A DNA stretch of 17,550 nt from Chthonomonadales bacterium (GTDB lineage Bacteria > Armatimonadota > Chthonomonadetes > Chthonomonadales > Chthonomonadaceae), in contig JBBQPO010000120.1 of assembly GCA_038217285.1 (NCBI GenBank), forward strand, positions 1 through 17,550, written 5' to 3'. Each line of letters opens with the position of its first letter. Position 1 is the first letter of the stretch. The notes beneath the pieces were generated by a model. It saw nothing but the letters and a program-made list of their open reading frames with translations, made no database searches and had not been told where the DNA came from. The translations under genes were made by a program, and so were the position numbers. This document shows, in pieces, positions 16,394-17,550 of this stretch.

Positions 16394-16459
16394 GAGAGAG
16401 TTTGTAGAGACTTCCGCCAACTCGGTTGTGAGAAATCTGAGAGGGACGGGTCTCATACT
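16394..16459 (+). promoter_or_regulatory. Candidate promoter with GAGA-type direct repeats upstream of the redoxin gene
   Basis: GAGAGA/TAGAGA (16394, 16405), then GTGAGA (16428), GAGAGG (16439), 9 nt and CATACT (16454-16459). Confidence 0.4.
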
Positions 16460-16553
16460 CACTGTAAACCACGGGAGCGGGCCATTGGCGCGCTTCCGCT
16501 CAAATGACAGGCATCAGACTTGAACGCAGCGCCGTGAGTATGAAGACTTCGAT

Positions 16554-17278
16554 ATGACCGTGACCTGGATTGTAATTCTCGCGCCCTGGAGTTTTCTGGC
16601 GATCTGCTGCCGACTCGGCTTCCTGTTAGTCCGCCAGAATGGCGCATTCTGATGCGGCTGGACGGCATTGAAGACTACCTGGATATGCTCACTCCCGTGG
16701 TCGAGGAAGAGGAGCATGACCAGGAGGACGCCGGAAACCCACAGAATGGCCATCCGCCGCTAAAGGGTGGTCGCACACTTGCCGACAGCCGCATCGCGCG
16801 CAATGGGCTGCCCGCCGGGACGCCCGCTCCCGTTTTCAAACTTCCCCGCCCGGACGGCGGAGAACTCTCGCTTTCCGAATATCGCGGCAAGAGAGTCCTG
16901 CTCGTCTTCTCCGATCCGCATTGCGGTCCGTGTGACGCCCTCGCGCCCGATCTGGAGAGAGCGCATCGCGCGAATAGCGGCGTACAGGTGCTGTTGGTGA
17001 GCCGGGGCGAGATCGGAGATAATCGGCGAAAGATCAAGCAGTTCGACCTGACGTTTCCAATAGTCCTGCAGAGGAAGTGGGAAATCTCAAAGCGCTACGC
17101 GATGTTCGCGACGCCGATCGGCTACCTAATCGACGAACAGGGAATCACCGCTTCCGAAGTCGCCCTCGGCGCCGATGCGATCCTGGCGCTGCTATCCGGT
17201 TCGACACGAATACAGGAAGGAGGCGGTAGGGAAGTAACGCAGTGGTTTTCCGACGCGACGGATCGCGTCTCGACGTGA
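16554..17278 (+). pseudogene. Membrane-anchored TlpA/MauD-like redoxin (CGPC) with a 1-bp frameshift near 16643; C-terminal ORF 16652-17278 is intact
   Basis: The first frame gives MTVTWIVILAPWSFLAICCRLGFLLVRQNG then AF*. The second frame continues RILMRLDGIE..GLPAGTPAPVFKLP..LSEYRGKRVLLVFSDPHCGPCDALAPDL..FATPIGYLIDEQG. The paralogue at 7712 shows QNGRIL uninterrupted. A sequencing error is possible. Confidence 0.8.
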
Positions 17279-17292
17279 AAAGGAGAAAACCG

Positions 17293-17550
17293 GTGGACAA
17301 ACAATTCGACGAACGAACGACGACGGATGTGGGAAGACGCGATCTTCTGGTTAGGGCCCTGACCGGGGCGGCGTTCGGCGCGGGAGCGCTGATCGTCCCG
17401 AAACTGGCGAGTGCTGGCGGAGGCGGATCGGAGGGCGCGAAAGACGCTGAGATCCACGAGCTGCAGGCCAATTTCCACCTTGCCAAGTCTACACAGGATA
17501 TCGACCTGATGATGTCACTCTGGGCGGATGACGCCGTGGTGGCTTTCAAC
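17293..17550 (+). CDS. Tat-exported NTF2/SnoaL-like protein, partial (runs off the window)
   Basis: Not in the ORF track. AAGGAG RBS precedes GTG 17293: MDKQFDERTTTDVGRRDLLVRALTGAAFGAGALIVPKLASA-GGGGSEGAKDAEIHELQANFHLAKSTQDIDLMMSLWADDAVVAFN. GRRDLL is a twin-arginine motif, and DIDLMMSLWADDAV is typical of NTF2-like folds. Confidence 0.85.
   Translation, partial: MDKQFDERTTTDVGRRDLLVRALTGAAFGAGALIVPKLASAGGGGSEGAKDAEIHELQANFHLAKSTQDIDLMMSLWADDAVVAFN

Noticed and set aside
15941-16507. 188-aa ORF, or a structured RNA, in the DUF1559-redoxin gap
   Set aside because: The ORF overlaps the DUF1559 gene out of frame and has no motifs. I recognise no riboswitch or ncRNA consensus; an Rfam scan would settle it.
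1-17550. CRISPR arrays, tRNA or rRNA genes
   Set aside because: No repeat-spacer periodicity or RNA gene signatures were seen.

Overview
GC-rich bacterial window, probably from an Armatimonadota/PVC-like organism. This is inferred from the DUF1559 prepilin-like gene with its 'LFPVFA...MYTQDYDE' signature and a planctomycete-type cytochrome c gene. There are four blocks. (1) A minus-strand operon (5670 to <1) encodes a secreted TPR protein, ExbB/TolQ, ExbD/TolR, a protein with a TonB-like anchor that ends in a vWA domain instead of TonB_C, and a planctomycete-type cytochrome c/DUF1549-like gene that the ORF track missed. (2) An apparently intact 1395-bp DDE insertion sequence (5872-7266) has imperfect terminal inverted repeats and a hairpin covering the transposase RBS. 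(3) Three abutting truncated genes follow: a redoxin N-terminal remnant, a GloVer-repeat fragment, and a dienelactone hydrolase whose Tat motif has lost its start codon. (4) A tandem pair of AAA_35-like STAND NTPases (wHTH-BTAD-AAA with a degenerate Walker B; AAA-TM-14xWD40) precedes a DUF1559 gene, a frameshifted CxxC redoxin and a partial Tat-exported NTF2-like gene. The best candidates for uncharacterised systems are the ExbBD-vWA-TPR motor module and the paired STAND sensor/regulator, the latter with a shared candidate promoter motif. All family assignments come from motif recognition by eye; no searches were run.
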